In this document: positions 62,542-64,000 of the stretch, piece by piece | Layout of the letters: the number at the start of each line of letters is the position of its first letter | Position numbering within the stretch: position 1 is the first letter of the stretch | Source: Candidatus Marinacidobacterales bacterium | GTDB lineage: Bacteria > Acidobacteriota > Vicinamibacteria > Marinacidobacterales > SMYC01 | Assembly (NCBI GenBank): GCA_965237955.1 | Contig: OZ250169.1 | Span: 5,856,001-5,920,000 of the forward strand | DNA length: 64,000 nucleotides | Reading direction: 5' to 3' | Made by a program: the position numbers and the translations under genes | The notes under the pieces: model-generated | What the model saw: only the letters and a program-made list of their open reading frames with translations | The model's database searches: none | What the model was told of the DNA's origin: nothing

Positions 62542-64000
62542 GTGAGCCTCCGCCCATTCGTCCATCTTCACAACCATAGCGACTTTTCGCTCCTCGACGG
62601 AGCGAGCCGCATCGAGCAAATGGTCGATCTCGCGGCACGCTACGAGATGCCGGCTCTGGCGCTCACCGATCACGGCAACATGTTCGGTGCCATCAATTTC
62701 TACAAAGCGGCAAAAAAGCGGGGTGTCAAGCCGATCCTCGGCTGCGAAATCTACGTCGCGCCCGGTTCTCGCTTCGAGAAATCGCCGAACAACGGCAGCA
62801 TCGCCGACACGAACAACCATCTAGTCCTTCTCGCGGAGACGACGGCGGGCTATCGCAACCTCGTGAAGCTCGTGTCGAAAGGGTTTCTCGAAGGCTTCTA
62901 CTACAAGCCTCGCATCGACAAAGAGCTTCTGGCCGAACACTCGGAGGGGCTCATCGGGCTTTCCGCGTGTCTGAAAGGAGAAGTCCCGCAAGCGGCGCTC
63001 CGCGGTGATGACCAAAAGGCGCTACACGCCACCGGCGTCTACCGCGACATTCTCGGAGAGAACAATTTCTTCCTCGAGATTCAGGATCACAACCTCGGAC
63101 TTCAGGACGAGAAAACCGTCAACACCAGCTTGATGGCTTTGGCGAAGAAAGAAGGCATCAACACCGTCGCCACGAACGACTGCCACTACATCTCGCGCGC
63201 GGACGCCGAGGCGCACGACATTCTCCTGTGCATCGGGACCGGTAAAAAGACTGCGGACGAGCACCGGATGCGCTATCCCGGTGATCAGTTCTACTTCAAG
63301 TCGTCGGAGGAGATGTTCGATTTGTTCCAGGGATACCAGGAGGCCTACGACAACACCTCCGCCATCGCCGAGCGCGTGAACGTCGATCTAGACCGTGAAG
63401 GTTTCCAGTTGCCGCGATTCGATGTGCCGGTCGGCACCACGGTCGAGAGCTACTTCGAGCAGGTCGTGTCGGATGGTTTCGATGCGCGGTGGCGGCTTCA
63501 TCGCGCGACCATCGAGTCTCACGGGCGGTTCACGAAGGCTGATTACGAAGCGCGTCTCAAGCGCGAGATCGCGATCATCCACGATATGGGCTTCCCGAGC
63601 TACTTCCTCATTACTTGGGACTTCGTCCGTTTCGCCCGAGACCAGGGTATTCCCGTCGGGCCAGGACGCGGCTCCGCAGCGGGCAGTCTCGTGGCCTACA
63701 GCCTGCGCATCACCGACATCGACCCTCTCGAGCACGACCTCCTCTTCGAGCGATTCTTGAATCCCGCGCGGGTGACGATGCCCGACATCGACATCGACTT
63801 TTGCGAAGCGCGCCGGGGTGAAGTGATCGACTACGTCACCGAGAAGTATGGTCGCGAGAACGTCGCGCAGATCATCACCTTCGGGACGATGAAGGCGCGC
63901 GCCGTCATCCGCGACGTCGGGCGCGTCCTCGATATTCCCTACGCCGACGTCGACCGCATCGCGAAGATGATCCCCGCCACTCTCGACGCGACTCTGGAAA
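62542..64000 (+). CDS. dnaE: DNA polymerase III alpha subunit (partial, runs off window)
   Basis: FVHLHNHSDFSLLDGA, TDHGN, GPGRGSAAGS, FERFLNP, MPDIDIDF. Confidence 0.97.
   Translation, partial: MSLRPFVHLHNHSDFSLLDGASRIEQMVDLAARYEMPALALTDHGNMFGAINFYKAAKKRGVKPILGCEIYVAPGSRFEKSPNNGSIADTNNHLVLLAETTAGYRNLVKLVSKGFLEGFYYKPRIDKELLAEHSEGLIGLSACLKGEVPQAALRGDDQKALHATGVYRDILGENNFFLEIQDHNLGLQDEKTVNTSLMALAKKEGINTVATNDCHYISRADAEAHDILLCIGTGKKTADEHRMRYPGDQFYFKSSEEMFDLFQGYQEAYDNTSAIAERVNVDLDREGFQLPRFDVPVGTTVESYFEQVVSDGFDARWRLHRATIESHGRFTKADYEARLKREIAIIHDMGFPSYFLITWDFVRFARDQGIPVGPGRGSAAGSLVAYSLRITDIDPLEHDLLFERFLNPARVTMPDIDIDFCEARRGEVIDYVTEKYGRENVAQIITFGTMKARAVIRDVGRVLDIPYADVDRIAKMIPATLDATLE

Noticed and set aside
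1-64000. tRNA, rRNA, prophage or defence genes
   Set aside because: None recognised by eye; tRNAscan, Infernal and DefenseFinder would be needed to exclude them.

Overview
GC-rich bacterial window. The gene content (many PQQ-propeller proteins, remnants resembling kinase-PD40 genes) suggests Acidobacteriota/Vicinamibacteria; this is inference. The left half is accessory and partly decayed: a frameshifted HUH/RAYT transposase, a selenocysteine formate dehydrogenase operon, an inositol/di-myo-inositol-phosphate-type cluster with an XRE-ImmA regulator and triplicated promoter, PQQ propellers, a DUF3179 selenoprotein, TonB, a TRAP permease and a TonB-dependent receptor. The centre (26.3-33.0 kb) holds four head-to-tail copies of an IS110 recombinase element. 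Each copy has a structured upstream non-coding region with candidate bridge-RNA guide segments that match the element end and the insertion site. The copies are separated by 216, 23 and 216 bp duplications of upstream DNA, all joined at TG dinucleotides. A nested pair of IS256-family elements follows. The right half is mostly housekeeping (miaE, mscS-type channel, malQ, sppA, mutS, tsaB, rimI, psd, pssA, guaA, dnaE) with REP-like intergenic repeats. All calls come from reading motifs by eye; no searches were run.
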